Notes: generated by a model from the letters alone, not told the origin. DNA of 64,000 nucleotides from Cyanobacteria bacterium P01_A01_bin.123 (GCA_039815185.1 JBCBZT010000015.1:1-64000); one strand, 5' to 3'; numbered from the stretch's first letter, positions 11,160-21,638 are shown. Program-made: numbers and translations.

Positions 11160-12044
11160 ATGACTCAATCCGCAGCTTGGCGTCCCGTGGGCGCAGTTGA
11201 TCCACTCAAGCTTGTTGAAGCCCGCAATCAAGCTCACCATGCGTTGCAGCTACCAGCGATGGCCGCGATCGCGTTTGTTCCCTTTCGTGAGGATTATGGT
11301 CACCTCAACTTTGGTTGGCTCGATTCGCTCAGCGCTTTCGTGACCCGCGATATCCCCACTGCTAGCGGCACGGTGCAATTTGGCATCCGGCTGGCGGATC
11401 TGGCATTGCTGATTTTGGGGGACGGGGCGCTCAAATTCACCTATCCCATGCATGGCAAAACCAATGCTGAGGCTAGGATTTGGCTCCTCGCAGAAGCTGA
11501 GAAATTGGGCCTGCCCTTAGACAAATTCCCAGCCGCGTCGCCATCTGAGATTCCAGCCCATCCGGTCGAATCGGGTGCTGCTTACGATGTGGAAACCCAT
11601 GCTGAAGCGATGGCAGAGTTTTGTAATTACTATGGCAACGCCAGCCTAATGTTGGAGACTGTGCGCGAGTCTTACCTGGATGTTAAGCCGGGGCCCAACG
11701 AGATTCGCATGTGGCCCCACCATTTTGATATTGCAGTGCTAGTGACGCTCGAAGACAGTGACCCTGAGACTGCCAAAGCGTTTGGCTTTGGGTTTGAACC
11801 CGGTGACGAGAGCTGTGAGCAGCCCTACTTTTTTACCTATCCTTGGCCCCGCAGCCAACGCCCAGAAACGCTACCAACATTAGCTGGACTAGGGCATTGG
11901 ACACCACCAGGAACTTGGTTCGGTACAATCCTAAAAGGTGAGGATCTGTGTCAGACGCCTGCCGATCAACAACAGACTGTTACCGAAACCTATCTGCGGG
12001 ATGCTGCTGAGCACTGTAAGGCGATCGCCATTAATCATCCTTAA
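11160..12044 (+). CDS. hypothetical protein (DUF5996-like)
   Basis: WPHHFDIA, GFEPGD and PYFFTYPWP motifs; GGGAG RBS before the ATG at 11160. Confidence 0.6.
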   Translation: MTQSAAWRPVGAVDPLKLVEARNQAHHALQLPAMAAIAFVPFREDYGHLNFGWLDSLSAFVTRDIPTASGTVQFGIRLADLALLILGDGALKFTYPMHGKTNAEARIWLLAEAEKLGLPLDKFPAASPSEIPAHPVESGAAYDVETHAEAMAEFCNYYGNASLMLETVRESYLDVKPGPNEIRMWPHHFDIAVLVTLEDSDPETAKAFGFGFEPGDESCEQPYFFTYPWPRSQRPETLPTLAGLGHWTPPGTWFGTILKGEDLCQTPADQQQTVTETYLRDAAEHCKAIAINHP

Positions 12045-12134
12045 AGGGCAAAGTCCTCCAGAATCCAGAAGAAAATATCCTGACTCCTGACTGCTTTCCC
12101 AACCCAACATGACGGATTTGCAAGGTATACTCCC

Positions 12135-13016
12135 ATGCGTAAATTCTTAATCCTGGCGATTTCAGTACTCCTGGCCACGCTGGTTTGGACGGCTTGTGGG
12201 CAGAATCCTTCTGCTACGTCCAATGATGCCCCTGCTTCAGCGACCCAGGGGGATGAGATTTTAGCTCAGCACAGTGATGATCGCCCGATTGCTTCTCCGG
12301 CTGTGGCTATTGCTCCCAGTCAGCCGGTCGATAGCGAAGCGGTGACCTACGGCGAGCAAGATGGCGTACCTTTGCAAGGCTATCTGGCTCGTCCCCAGGG
12401 GGCTAGTGGTGATTTACCTGGATTGATTGTGATCCACGAATGGTGGGGCTTAAACGACAATATTGAAAAAATGACTGAGCGGTTGGCAGGTGAGGGATAT
12501 ACGGCACTGGCGGTGGATCTCTATGGGGGTGAAGTGGCGGAAGCGCCGGACGCAGCGCGATCGCTGGTTCAGGGGGTATCTGCCGATGCCGCCAAGGCAG
12601 AAGATAATTTATTGCAAGCCTTTAGCTACCTGGAGATGGAACAAGGCGCCGAAGCAATTGGCAGTATCGGCTGGTGCTTTGGTGGTGGCTGGTCTTTAAA
12701 CACAGCACTACTGTTACCAGATGAGCTAGATGCAGCGGTGATTTACTACGGTCGGTTAGAGACGGATCCAGCGCAGTTAGAAGCTTTGCAGATGCCGATT
12801 CTAGGCATTTTTGGGGCATTAGACAGTAACCCTTCTGTGGAGAGTGTACGCGAATTTGAAGCGGCGTTGCAGGCGCTGGGTAAGCCGATTGAGGTGCATA
12901 TCTATGAGGGGGCAAACCATGCGTTTGCGAACCCGTCAGGGCAGAACTACAACGAGGAGGCTGCGGAGGCTGCTTGGGCGGAAACGGTGGACTTTTTGGG
13001 ACAAAATTTGGGGTGA
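12135..13016 (+). CDS. dienelactone hydrolase family lipoprotein
   Basis: IHEWWGLN, GWCFGG and HAFAN motifs; lipobox-like WTAC. Confidence 0.9.
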   Translation: MRKFLILAISVLLATLVWTACGQNPSATSNDAPASATQGDEILAQHSDDRPIASPAVAIAPSQPVDSEAVTYGEQDGVPLQGYLARPQGASGDLPGLIVIHEWWGLNDNIEKMTERLAGEGYTALAVDLYGGEVAEAPDAARSLVQGVSADAAKAEDNLLQAFSYLEMEQGAEAIGSIGWCFGGGWSLNTALLLPDELDAAVIYYGRLETDPAQLEALQMPILGIFGALDSNPSVESVREFEAALQALGKPIEVHIYEGANHAFANPSGQNYNEEAAEAAWAETVDFLGQNLG

Positions 13017-13077
13017 GGTTGTTGGTTGTGCGTGAGCTATCGGCTATTGGCTCGGCTTACCCCCGTTGCAGGTGCCA

Positions 13078-14562
13078 TTAAAGCCTGTTCGAATCGCCTG
13101 CACCGATCAAATCGGCCACAATTTTACCTGAACTCAAGACACCAGGGATGCCAGCACCAGGGTGGGTACCCGCGCCGACAAAATATAGATTGGGGATGTC
13201 TTCACTCTGGTTGTGGGGCCGGAAATAAGCCGACTGAAACAGGGTGGGTTCTAGAGAAAAGGCCGAGCCCTTGTAGCTGTTGAGATCGTCGCGGAAATGT
13301 ACCGGATCAATCCGGTGTTCGGTGACGATATGCTGGGTCAACTCGGGGAGATAGTGGGTTTCGAGATAGGCAAAAATGCGATCGCGCAGTGCCTGCCCGA
13401 CCTCAGCCCAATCTGTGCCGCTGTCTAGATTGGGAACCGGAGCAAGCACATACCAACTATCGCAACCCGGTGGCGCTAGGGATGGGTCAGTCGCAGTGGG
13501 CCGATGCAGGTAGAGCGAAAAGTCGTCTGGCAAAACTTGACGCACAAATAAGTCTTCAATCCAATCGCGGTAGCGTGCCCCCATCAAAATCTCGTGATGG
13601 CCCATCTGGGGATATTGGCGATCGGTGCCAAAATAAATCACCATCAGCGACATGGAATAGCGGAGTTGCTCGATGGTGCGATCGCGGTATTTGCGTCGAA
13701 ACTGTTCGGGCACCAGTTTTAGATAGGTCATGGCCACATCGCTATTGCACACAACTGCATCAGCGCTCAGCGTCTCCCCCGTGACGAGTTCAACCCCGAT
13801 GGCTTTCCCGGTGGTGTTGTCTAAAGCGATCGCCCCGACTTCGCAATTGAGGCGCAGGGTGCCCCCCAAGTCCTCGAACAGCTTCACCAGCCCTTGCACC
13901 AGTGCCCCCGTGCCGCCCAGGGCAAACCAAACCCCAAAGGCTTGCTCTAGCTTATGAATCATCGCGTAGATTGAGGTGCACTGGAATGGATTCCCGCCAA
14001 TCAGCAGCGGGTGAAAGCTAAACACCTGACGTAACCGTTCGTCTTGAATGTATTGATTGACAAAGCCTGCCACGGTTTGCAACGACTGGAGCTGCACCAT
14101 ATCGGGCACCACCTTGACCATGTCCCACAGGCTAGCAAAGGGTTGACCCATCAGCGGCAGTCCTTTTTCAAACACCGCTTGGGACGCCTGATAGAAGCGA
14201 TGATAACCTTTCACATCGGCCGGGTTAAACGCTTGAATTTGCTGGAGGAGTGCTGCCTCATTGTCGTTGTAGCGGAATGTAGATCCGTCTTCAAAACGGA
14301 TGGTGTAGAACGGATTCAGCTTGACCAACTCAAGGTAGTCGCTGGTTTGTTTGCCCCCACAGGCAAACAGGTCATGAATCAGCTGAGGATAGGTGATAAT
14401 AGTTGGCCCACCGTCAAACACAAAGCCATCTTGGTGGTAGACATAAGCCCTTCCCCCCGGCTTGTCGCGTTTATCCAAAAGGGTAACTTGATGACCCTGG
14501 GCCTGGAGTCGAATGGCAGCAGCGAGTCCGCCAAAACCGCAGCCAATGGTAAGGATGTTCAT
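13078..14562 (-). CDS. crtI: bacterial-type phytoene desaturase
   Basis: GxGxGG FAD fold, PGGRAYV, FDGGPT, HPLLIGGNPF, FRPHN, NLYFVGAGTHPGAGIPGV. Confidence 0.85.
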   Translation of the reverse strand: MNILTIGCGFGGLAAAIRLQAQGHQVTLLDKRDKPGGRAYVYHQDGFVFDGGPTIITYPQLIHDLFACGGKQTSDYLELVKLNPFYTIRFEDGSTFRYNDNEAALLQQIQAFNPADVKGYHRFYQASQAVFEKGLPLMGQPFASLWDMVKVVPDMVQLQSLQTVAGFVNQYIQDERLRQVFSFHPLLIGGNPFQCTSIYAMIHKLEQAFGVWFALGGTGALVQGLVKLFEDLGGTLRLNCEVGAIALDNTTGKAIGVELVTGETLSADAVVCNSDVAMTYLKLVPEQFRRKYRDRTIEQLRYSMSLMVIYFGTDRQYPQMGHHEILMGARYRDWIEDLFVRQVLPDDFSLYLHRPTATDPSLAPPGCDSWYVLAPVPNLDSGTDWAEVGQALRDRIFAYLETHYLPELTQHIVTEHRIDPVHFRDDLNSYKGSAFSLEPTLFQSAYFRPHNQSEDIPNLYFVGAGTHPGAGIPGVLSSGKIVADLIGAGDSNRL

Positions 14563-14669
14563 CTAGATTTTTACAAACAGTGTGCTTAAACAGGCCGTTA
14601 TAGACTATGCTAAAAAACCGATGCGAATCAATCTAGACGTTAATGAATGACCTGATGAGCATCATCCCA

Positions 14670-14751
14670 GCGGATGTGGTGGAATTGGTAGACACGCACG
14701 CTTGAGGGGCGTGTGGCTTATGCCTTGCGAGTTCGATTCTCGCCATCCGCA
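14670..14751 (+). tRNA. trnL: tRNA-Leu (anticodon GAG)
   Basis: GCGGATG/CATCCGC acceptor stem, GGAATTGGTAGAC D-loop, CACGC-TTGAGGG-GCGTG anticodon arm, long variable arm, GTTCGATTC T-loop; CCA not encoded. Confidence 0.95.
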
Positions 14752-14885
14752 TGTTTGATTCTGCGATCGTCACGAAACACTCTAAGTCGATAGACTGAAA
14801 ACGGAAGACGAATTTCGGGCGTTGACGGGGGTTCTTGAAGCTGCGATCGCCCATTTTCACACTACATCATCGAAAACACTAAAGA

Positions 14886-14912
14886 GGCTGCTACCGCTTG
14901 ACTGTAGCAGCC
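14886..14912. terminator. hairpin between the tRNA and a convergent gene
   Basis: GGCTGCTAC-N9-GTAGCAGCC. Confidence 0.5.
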
Positions 14913-14967
14913 AACATTGAACCAGGCAGAGGCAGAATGGCTCTAACCTCCTAGGTTTGTAGCCCGA

Positions 14968-15252
14968 CTATTGGGCCGCATCACCTTGCTTCTCTGGTGC
15001 AGAATCAGACTGTGTATTGTCATCGCCTTGGCTGGGCTCCGATTGAGTTTCGCTTTGAGCCCCATCTGATGCATCTTGACTACCATTGACTTCGGGAAGA
15101 TTGATATCCACATCAGGCGGGCTGGGAACCTCAACCTCTATATCTGGCAGTACATTATTGCTGTCTGGCTGCTCTGTCTGAGGTTGAGCTTGGGGCGCTG
15201 TCGTATCGGAACGGCCTAGAAAATAAAATAGACCGAAACCTAGTATCCCCAC
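14968..15252 (-). CDS. small membrane-anchored protein with acidic, disordered tail; start uncertain
   Basis: TM helix followed by a Q/D/E/P-rich tail; the frame stays open about 25 codons upstream of the GTG without an ATG. Confidence 0.55.
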   Translation of the reverse strand: MGILGFGLFYFLGRSDTTAPQAQPQTEQPDSNNVLPDIEVEVPSPPDVDINLPEVNGSQDASDGAQSETQSEPSQGDDNTQSDSAPEKQGDAAQ

Positions 15253-15339
15253 CAGGAAAACGAGTAAAACTGCAAAGAACCCGTGGGTATTATTTGCGTC
15301 CTGACGTGCCCGGTATTGATCCCTGACTCAATAAGCGAG

Positions 15340-16365
15340 CTAAATAAGGTTGAAAATAGTGCCGATAAACCACACGTAAAGCATTAAAAATAACCACCCT
15401 TCCCAAATCGTGATTTTGTTGTCTTGGACCGTAAAAAACATCAATAAAGAAACCGATATCAAAGTTGGGATACCTTGACTAACAGCCGCATCAGGTACAG
15501 GTAGCGGCGTAATCAATCCTGGAATTCCCATGACGATGAAAATATTGAAGATGTTTGAACCGACGACATTACCGATGGCGATTTCGGCTTTACCTTTGCG
15601 AGCCGCACCAATCGTCACCATGAGTTCTGGCAAGGAAGTTCCTAAAGCTACTGCACTAACGGCGATTATTTCTCTCCCGATATTTAAAAGATCAGAGAGC
15701 TTAATTAGAGAATCAATTGTATATTGAGCGCCTAAAAAGATAAAAATACCGCTGAGCAGCAGAATTAACACTTCCCTGAAAATACTGGCAGAGCTCATGG
15801 ATTTTGTAGCGACTGACGCGCCTTTGTTTCCTTCAGCCTGGATATCCCCTTCTGCGTTATCCTCATCCTTCGATGGTGCTTGAGCTTGTGGAACTTCAGA
15901 TTCTTCTTCGCTGCTTTTTAGGATGTAGAACAGATACATAATGTACCCAATTACCAGGATTAGGGCTTCTCCACGGGTAAAAGTCTGATCCCAAGCCATG
16001 AGCGTAAATAAAAACGCTGATCCGACAAACAAGGGGAGATCCACACTCACCAGATTGTATACAACGCGTAAGCTCTTAGCGCTGAGAATAGCAGCCGTGC
16101 CAACGACCAAACAAATATTGGCAATGTTGGAGCCGATGACATTGCTGACCACGACTTCTGATGCACCTTGAAAGATGCCAAATAAAGATGAGAGCAGCTC
16201 AGGAAGAGACGTCCCAACAGAAACAATCGTGACGCCGACGATAAAGGGGGGTAGCCCTATGGCAACACCCAGTTTTTCTGCCGCATCGGTAAAGACGTCT
16301 GAAGCTTTGACCAAAACTGCAAGGCTAATGACAAAAATCAACAGGAGAATCGGCAAACTGCTCAT
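15340..16365 (-). CDS. calcium/sodium antiporter (YrbG/CaCA family)
   Basis: Two GTSLPE and GSNI alpha-repeat motifs. Confidence 0.92.
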   Translation of the reverse strand: MSSLPILLLIFVISLAVLVKASDVFTDAAEKLGVAIGLPPFIVGVTIVSVGTSLPELLSSLFGIFQGASEVVVSNVIGSNIANICLVVGTAAILSAKSLRVVYNLVSVDLPLFVGSAFLFTLMAWDQTFTRGEALILVIGYIMYLFYILKSSEEESEVPQAQAPSKDEDNAEGDIQAEGNKGASVATKSMSSASIFREVLILLLSGIFIFLGAQYTIDSLIKLSDLLNIGREIIAVSAVALGTSLPELMVTIGAARKGKAEIAIGNVVGSNIFNIFIVMGIPGLITPLPVPDAAVSQGIPTLISVSLLMFFTVQDNKITIWEGWLFLMLYVWFIGTIFNLI

Positions 16366-16555
16366 GGAATCTTAAGGATGATGGGGTGTGGACGTTGTTG
16401 TCTTTAGCGTTGAACAAAGGTTATTCCACAATAGAGCAAGGAGATAGGGCAACATCCCTGGCCAAATTGGATGGAAGCATTGAGAAATTTGCTGGGGTAG
16501 ACTTCGAAGTCAGGTCGCAATGGCTTAAGCTCGAAAGCGTATCGCTGAGGTAGCT

Positions 16556-17371
16556 GTGATTGATCTGGGGAAATACTTGAAATTAAGCGGGTGGACAAGG
16601 TTTTGTTGGCCTCGATTGCGCCTAGGTGGGTTAGCCCTATTCATGAGTTTTGGGTTCCTGCTTTCGGGCTGTATTCAATACGACGTAGGGATTCAGTTCG
16701 ACAGCCAGACCCACGGTCAATTAACCCAAACCATCCATTTGAACGATCGGGTGACTGCACTCAACCCCATCGAGGCTCAACAGTGGTTGACCCAATTGGG
16801 AGAAACGGCGCAATCCCTAGGCGGGAGCATCACCCAACCCGATGATCAAACCCTTACCCTGGCCATCCCATTTAACAATGGGGAACAGCTGGTTGAGACC
16901 TTTAACCGCTTTTTTGAGCAAACCCCTTTAAGCCCCTTTATTCCAGCTATCGATACCGGAGCGCTGCCTCAACCCAAGTCAACCTTGATCTTGCAACAAC
17001 GCAACCGCTTATTGGCTATCCAAAATCATTTGATTTACGACCTCGACCTCCGGGATGTGGTGCAGCCTGCCATTGGCGATCGCGGCATTTTGAGCCAACT
17101 CGAAGCCCTGACCTTAGACTTTCGTCTCACTACCCCTTGGGGTATTCAATCCGTTGCGCAACCGCAGGGATTCCAAAACACATCAACTATCTTTCCCACT
17201 TTGCAGGGTAATACCGCGCGCTGGTCGTTGATACCGGGTAGCCTCAACCACATTGACGTTGTCTTTTGGGTGCCCAGCCCCATTGGCTTGGGTGCACTAG
17301 CCATCATCCTGCTGGTTGTCGTGGGTTACGGTGTGAAATACGCAGGGGGGCGAAGGACGGTGATAGATTAG
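16556..17371 (+). CDS. DUF3153-like lipoprotein
   Basis: LLSGC lipobox; C-terminal FWVPSPIGLG plus TM; start uncertain. Confidence 0.7.
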   Translation: MIDLGKYLKLSGWTRFCWPRLRLGGLALFMSFGFLLSGCIQYDVGIQFDSQTHGQLTQTIHLNDRVTALNPIEAQQWLTQLGETAQSLGGSITQPDDQTLTLAIPFNNGEQLVETFNRFFEQTPLSPFIPAIDTGALPQPKSTLILQQRNRLLAIQNHLIYDLDLRDVVQPAIGDRGILSQLEALTLDFRLTTPWGIQSVAQPQGFQNTSTIFPTLQGNTARWSLIPGSLNHIDVVFWVPSPIGLGALAIILLVVVGYGVKYAGGRRTVID

Positions 17372-17519
17372 ACGGTGGTAGATTAGGGGAGATCAATTTC
17401 CGGCTGACATGGGTCAGTTGAAAATTAAATCTGCACCACATCCAGAGCCGTAGCTCTCCCGAGGTTAAAAACTTAGGCTCCAAATCGGATGTGATTTGAA
17501 CCGTACGAGGAATACCACG

Positions 17520-17873
17520 ATGCGACAAATTAACTTTGTAGTCATATTTGTGATTTGCTTGGCCCTGGTTCTCTTTGGCATTGAGAATACCGACCCCACC
17601 GTGATTCATGTTGTGCAAGGTGTAGACCTGGTCTTTCCCCTTTGCGTCGAACTGATTGTTGCGATGGGTATTGGAGCTGTTCTGGCTTGGGTCTTCAGCG
17701 TTTGGGTGCAGCTTCAGAGTTACGTTAAAACCGAACAGCCCATCGCCCAACAGCAGATTCGTATTCAAGAACTTGAGCGTGATGTCGAACGCTACCGGGT
17801 CGAACTTGAAGAACAAAACCTGATGCTGCCTGGTTCGAAGGCGGAGGAGGAAGCGGAGATCGTGACGGGTTAG
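17520..17873 (+). CDS. LapA family (LPS assembly protein A domain) protein
   Basis: MRQINF...LVLFGIENT, two TM helices and a coiled coil; GAGG RBS. Confidence 0.75.
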   Translation: MRQINFVVIFVICLALVLFGIENTDPTVIHVVQGVDLVFPLCVELIVAMGIGAVLAWVFSVWVQLQSYVKTEQPIAQQQIRIQELERDVERYRVELEEQNLMLPGSKAEEEAEIVTG

Positions 17874-18125
17874 CACCATTGGGAGCAGGGGAGCGGAGGC
17901 GCAAGGGAGCTGTTTCCCAGTCGACCCTGGAGTATGGGTTAGGAATAGGCATAAGGCGATCGCTTGTGCCTATTTTGTTTCAGAGAACTATGATTGCCTA
18001 AGAAGCCGTTATTGTGATGACACGCTTTATCTTTCAATATTGGGTCTCCTTTAATTTCTATTCCCGCTGCTCCGTTATCCCCGCACGTTCACCCAAACCC
18101 CTCTCCTTAAATTCCCCCCTCGTCA

Positions 18126-18983
18126 ATGGCTCTTTCCCTAGCTCAAAACGCGATCGCATTTCTCATTGACCTTGCTGAAAAGGGAGAAATTGATCCGTGG
18201 GACGTTAAGGTGATTGAGGTGATTGATCGCTTTTTGAAGACCTTAACAGCAACGCCGGTAAAGCAGGAAACCCAGGGGCGATCGCCCTATGAAGCCAGCC
18301 TATCCGAATCGGGGCAGGCCTTTTTATATGCGTCGATGCTGGTGTTGCTGAAGGCCGATACGCTGGTGCGGGCTGAAGAGGCTGAAGCAGAACTTGAGGT
18401 TGAAGAGTTCTTAGAAGAAGGGGAATTTGAGGACGCACCGCTGCCCCGCAATCTAGAACAACGACTGCACCGTCGGGCTGTGGCTGCCCCGCCTCAAAAG
18501 CGGCCAGTGACGCTGCAAGATTTGATTGAGCAGCTTGAGTTGATTGCCACGGTGATGGAAGCGCATGAACCTCGCGCCCGCAAGCGTCGAGCTGGCCCCC
18601 AACCGAAACGGCAAGCTGTCCGCGCGATCGCCCAACTGGCCCACCAAGAAAACCTCTCAGAAATTGCTGAAGCCCTAGAAGTCTTCCTCGATGCTTATTG
18701 GGATGAGCTTGAAGAAGTACTGGATTGGATTGATTTGGAAGCCTTACTAGAGTTTTGGCCTAAGTTCCGCCCCGACAATTTAGAAAGCCACGCGGGCCAC
18801 TCAGAACATGAAGCCTACATTCATGAAAAGGTAGGCGTGTTTTGGGGATTGTTGTTTCTCTCGTCTCAGTCAAAGGTAGAGTTGCACCAAGAGAACTTCT
18901 ATCAAAAGCTGAGTGTGCGCAATCTGAAGAAATTACCCCCTGAGATCTTGGCCAATTTGCCATCTTACGTCTTACCCGATTAA
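18126..18983 (+). CDS. scpA: segregation and condensation protein A
   Basis: GEIDPWDV, ASMLVLLKA and FWGLLFLS..KVEL.QE.FY motifs. Confidence 0.9.
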   Translation: MALSLAQNAIAFLIDLAEKGEIDPWDVKVIEVIDRFLKTLTATPVKQETQGRSPYEASLSESGQAFLYASMLVLLKADTLVRAEEAEAELEVEEFLEEGEFEDAPLPRNLEQRLHRRAVAAPPQKRPVTLQDLIEQLELIATVMEAHEPRARKRRAGPQPKRQAVRAIAQLAHQENLSEIAEALEVFLDAYWDELEEVLDWIDLEALLEFWPKFRPDNLESHAGHSEHEAYIHEKVGVFWGLLFLSSQSKVELHQENFYQKLSVRNLKKLPPEILANLPSYVLPD

Positions 18984-18989
18984 TCTTCC

Positions 18990-19145
18990 TCAATAGTCAC
19001 TGTCAGCGACACACATCCCTTTGCATTTAATGCCATTCGTAGCAGTGCGCTGACAATGGAGGCATAGGATTTTCTCAGCTTGATTATTTTGTTTGGGGGT
19101 GTTGGCTTGGGGTTCACCTTCTTTAGGCTGCGTTTCCAAAGTCAT
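18990..19145 (-). CDS. small Cys-rich hypothetical protein (51 aa)
   Basis: CLHCQRTATNGIKCKGMCVADSDY; likely start is the ATG at 19145. Confidence 0.7.
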   Translation of the reverse strand: MTLETQPKEGEPQANTPKQNNQAEKILCLHCQRTATNGIKCKGMCVADSDY

Positions 19146-19255
19146 AAGAACCAACTTTTCTCTGATTGCTTTTTTATATTTTATAAACCATGGACACCCA
19201 TAGTTTCCGATCGTCCAATAGTCCCACCTCCTGTGAACTGAAACCCCAACAGGCT

Positions 19256-20344
19256 TCACTCGATAAAAGTGTGCTGAATCGTCAGCCTCCGTTGAGCCAT
19301 CGTTTTTTCAAATAGGTCTGTGGGCAGCGATCGCTCGATCGGCCATACCCCTGGCTGTTGCCACTGACCCGAGAGTAATAATTGAGCCACGCTCCCCGTC
19401 CCGTAGCCAGCGGCAACAGCAGTATCGGGATGCACCATATTGCTAATTAGCCGGGCAGGCTGTCCCTGACGGGTGCCGTGAATATCTGCCTGCATGGCCA
19501 GCCCGATGCCGCTAAAGCGATCGCTGATGGTCGTCATCCAATAGCTAACTTGGGCCAAAAACTCAACGGTTTCCGGTTTACGCAGCCAGGCTTTGGGGAC
19601 ACCATGGGCCATCAGCCAGGTGAGATGGTTATAGATATCTGGCAAGGAGCCAAATTTAGTCACGATCGTGCTGAGGGGAAAAGAATCGGCCAATGTCATC
19701 GCTTCGATCGTGTTAAACCAGTACACCGCACAGCGACCATAGGGTGGTGGAAAGGTGACAACTTCCCGTTGACTGTAGGGAGCGATCGCCTGCATTTCCC
19801 CCTCAAGTTTGGCTTGAATTGGGTGCTGCAACTCTAAAAATGTAGTCCGCATCACCGTTACCCCCGCCCCCCCTGACCCAGCGACGACGTAGTTCAACTG
19901 CACTGTGTCGGCACTGTCTAATTGTTCAATGCCTTGGCGTACCATGCTGTTAGAAATTCCAGGAAACACCCCAGTGCTAACGATCGCAGTGATACCTGCT
20001 TCAAGGGCGCGATCGCAGCGACTCAATGCCTGCTTCACATAGCCCGGATTATCAGCCACATCTAAATAATTCACCCCGTACTGAATGCAGGTGTCTAAAA
20101 CATGAGCGTCGCGGTAGCTAAACGGCCCAGCGCAGTGGATGACTAAATCATGAACCGCGATCGCCTCCTCCACGGCTTCACGATCGCTCAGGTTTAGGGC
20201 CGAGGGGCTAAATCGTTCTTGGGGGGAAATAGTCGGTGATCGTCCCGTCACTGTCACCATGGCAGGGGTGTGGGCCAGCACATCTGCCGCCACTGCTGCG
20301 CCAATACGACCACATCCGCCCAAGATCAAAACCCGCTGCGCCAT
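19256..20344 (-). CDS. saccharopine dehydrogenase-like oxidoreductase
   Basis: GGCGRIG, HCAGPF, YLDV and TGVFPGISN motifs. Confidence 0.85.
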   Translation of the reverse strand: MAQRVLILGGCGRIGAAVAADVLAHTPAMVTVTGRSPTISPQERFSPSALNLSDREAVEEAIAVHDLVIHCAGPFSYRDAHVLDTCIQYGVNYLDVADNPGYVKQALSRCDRALEAGITAIVSTGVFPGISNSMVRQGIEQLDSADTVQLNYVVAGSGGAGVTVMRTTFLELQHPIQAKLEGEMQAIAPYSQREVVTFPPPYGRCAVYWFNTIEAMTLADSFPLSTIVTKFGSLPDIYNHLTWLMAHGVPKAWLRKPETVEFLAQVSYWMTTISDRFSGIGLAMQADIHGTRQGQPARLISNMVHPDTAVAAGYGTGSVAQLLLSGQWQQPGVWPIERSLPTDLFEKTMAQRRLTIQHTFIE

Positions 20345-20457
20345 CCTGACCCGTCTCGTAATCATTAGCTAAGCTAATACTAAAGATAGGCTGCGATGCC
20401 CTGATAAGCCAGACAATCTCAACTCAATTGCCCCATCGCCCTTAGGTTGCCAACCCA

Positions 20458-21582
20458 ATGCCCACGCCAATCACGCCGCTAAGACTTGCCAAAGGCTGCA
20501 TCTTAGGATTTACTTGGGGCTTCACTTTATCGACACTGCACAGTTGTGATCACCTGAGTGCAAATCACCAGGCTAAAGGAATTATACCGATTGTGCAGGC
20601 TTACCGAATTCAATTGGAGAAAGCAAGCGATATGAGCCAGCCGTTGCTGTTTGATGCCGCTGCCGATTTTACCGAAGGGTTAGCGGCAGTGCGTTTGGGC
20701 GATCGTCTGGGCTACATCGATCACGGGGGCCATCTGACGGTGACTGTGGCTGATCCGAATGTGGGCATTAGTTCTGGGTTCGCCGAGGATCTGGCCATTG
20801 CTCGAGCAGGTGACTACTACGGCTATATCGATCGCACTGGCCACTGGGCAATTGAGGTGCAGTTCAAACAGGCAAAAGGGTTTGTCGATGGACTGGCTGC
20901 GGTTCAAGGGGGTACCAAATATGGCTTTATTAACAAACAGGGGGAGTGGATAATCGAGCCCCAATATGATTTAGCAGAAAGCTTTTCTGCTGGGTTGGCC
21001 GCAGTTAAGGTTAACGACCAATATGGCTATATCGACACCGATGGCAGGGTGGCGATTCCCCTTGGATTCAAAGATGCCTGGCGCTTTGCCGAACAGCTTG
21101 CAGTGATTCGGGTAGATAACCAACATGGCTACATCAATGTGCAAGGGGAAACGGTGATCGAACCCCGCTTTGATGGCGCTTTTAGCTTCTCTGAGGGGTT
21201 GGCTCGGGTACGCCTGGGGGATAAGTGGGGTTACATTAATGCTGATGGTAGCTTTGCTATTGAGCCCCAATATGGCTTTGCGTCAGATTTTTCAGAAGGT
21301 CTGGCGGTCGTGTTAATGGATGGCAAGTGGGGCTATATCGATGCTGCGGGTGAGGTCGCGATCGCGGCTCAATTCGACTATGCTTCTGATTTTTCAGGAG
21401 GGTTGGCTAGTGTTCAAATTGACGGGCGCTATGGTTATGTTGAGCCCGATGGCAAGGTCGCGATCGCGCCCACGTTTAACAATGCAGGGCCTTTTTCGGA
21501 AGGGTTGGCGCGGGTGCAAGTCGGGCAGCAGTGGGGCTATATCAACACCTCAGGAAGCCTGATTTCAACTCAAGCCCATTGA
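20458..21582 (+). CDS. WG-repeat protein
   Basis: Repeated FSEGLA.V....KWGYI...G units. Confidence 0.9.
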   Translation: MPTPITPLRLAKGCILGFTWGFTLSTLHSCDHLSANHQAKGIIPIVQAYRIQLEKASDMSQPLLFDAAADFTEGLAAVRLGDRLGYIDHGGHLTVTVADPNVGISSGFAEDLAIARAGDYYGYIDRTGHWAIEVQFKQAKGFVDGLAAVQGGTKYGFINKQGEWIIEPQYDLAESFSAGLAAVKVNDQYGYIDTDGRVAIPLGFKDAWRFAEQLAVIRVDNQHGYINVQGETVIEPRFDGAFSFSEGLARVRLGDKWGYINADGSFAIEPQYGFASDFSEGLAVVLMDGKWGYIDAAGEVAIAAQFDYASDFSGGLASVQIDGRYGYVEPDGKVAIAPTFNNAGPFSEGLARVQVGQQWGYINTSGSLISTQAH

Positions 21583-21638
21583 GGCAAAGAGTTCAGTTAT
21601 CTTAACTAAGCGATCGATCGGCAGTGGTGCGACACAAT

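Noticed and set aside
14670..14960. tRNA-Leu as an island integration site
   Set aside because: I saw no duplicated tRNA 3' end in the window and no adjacent integrase.
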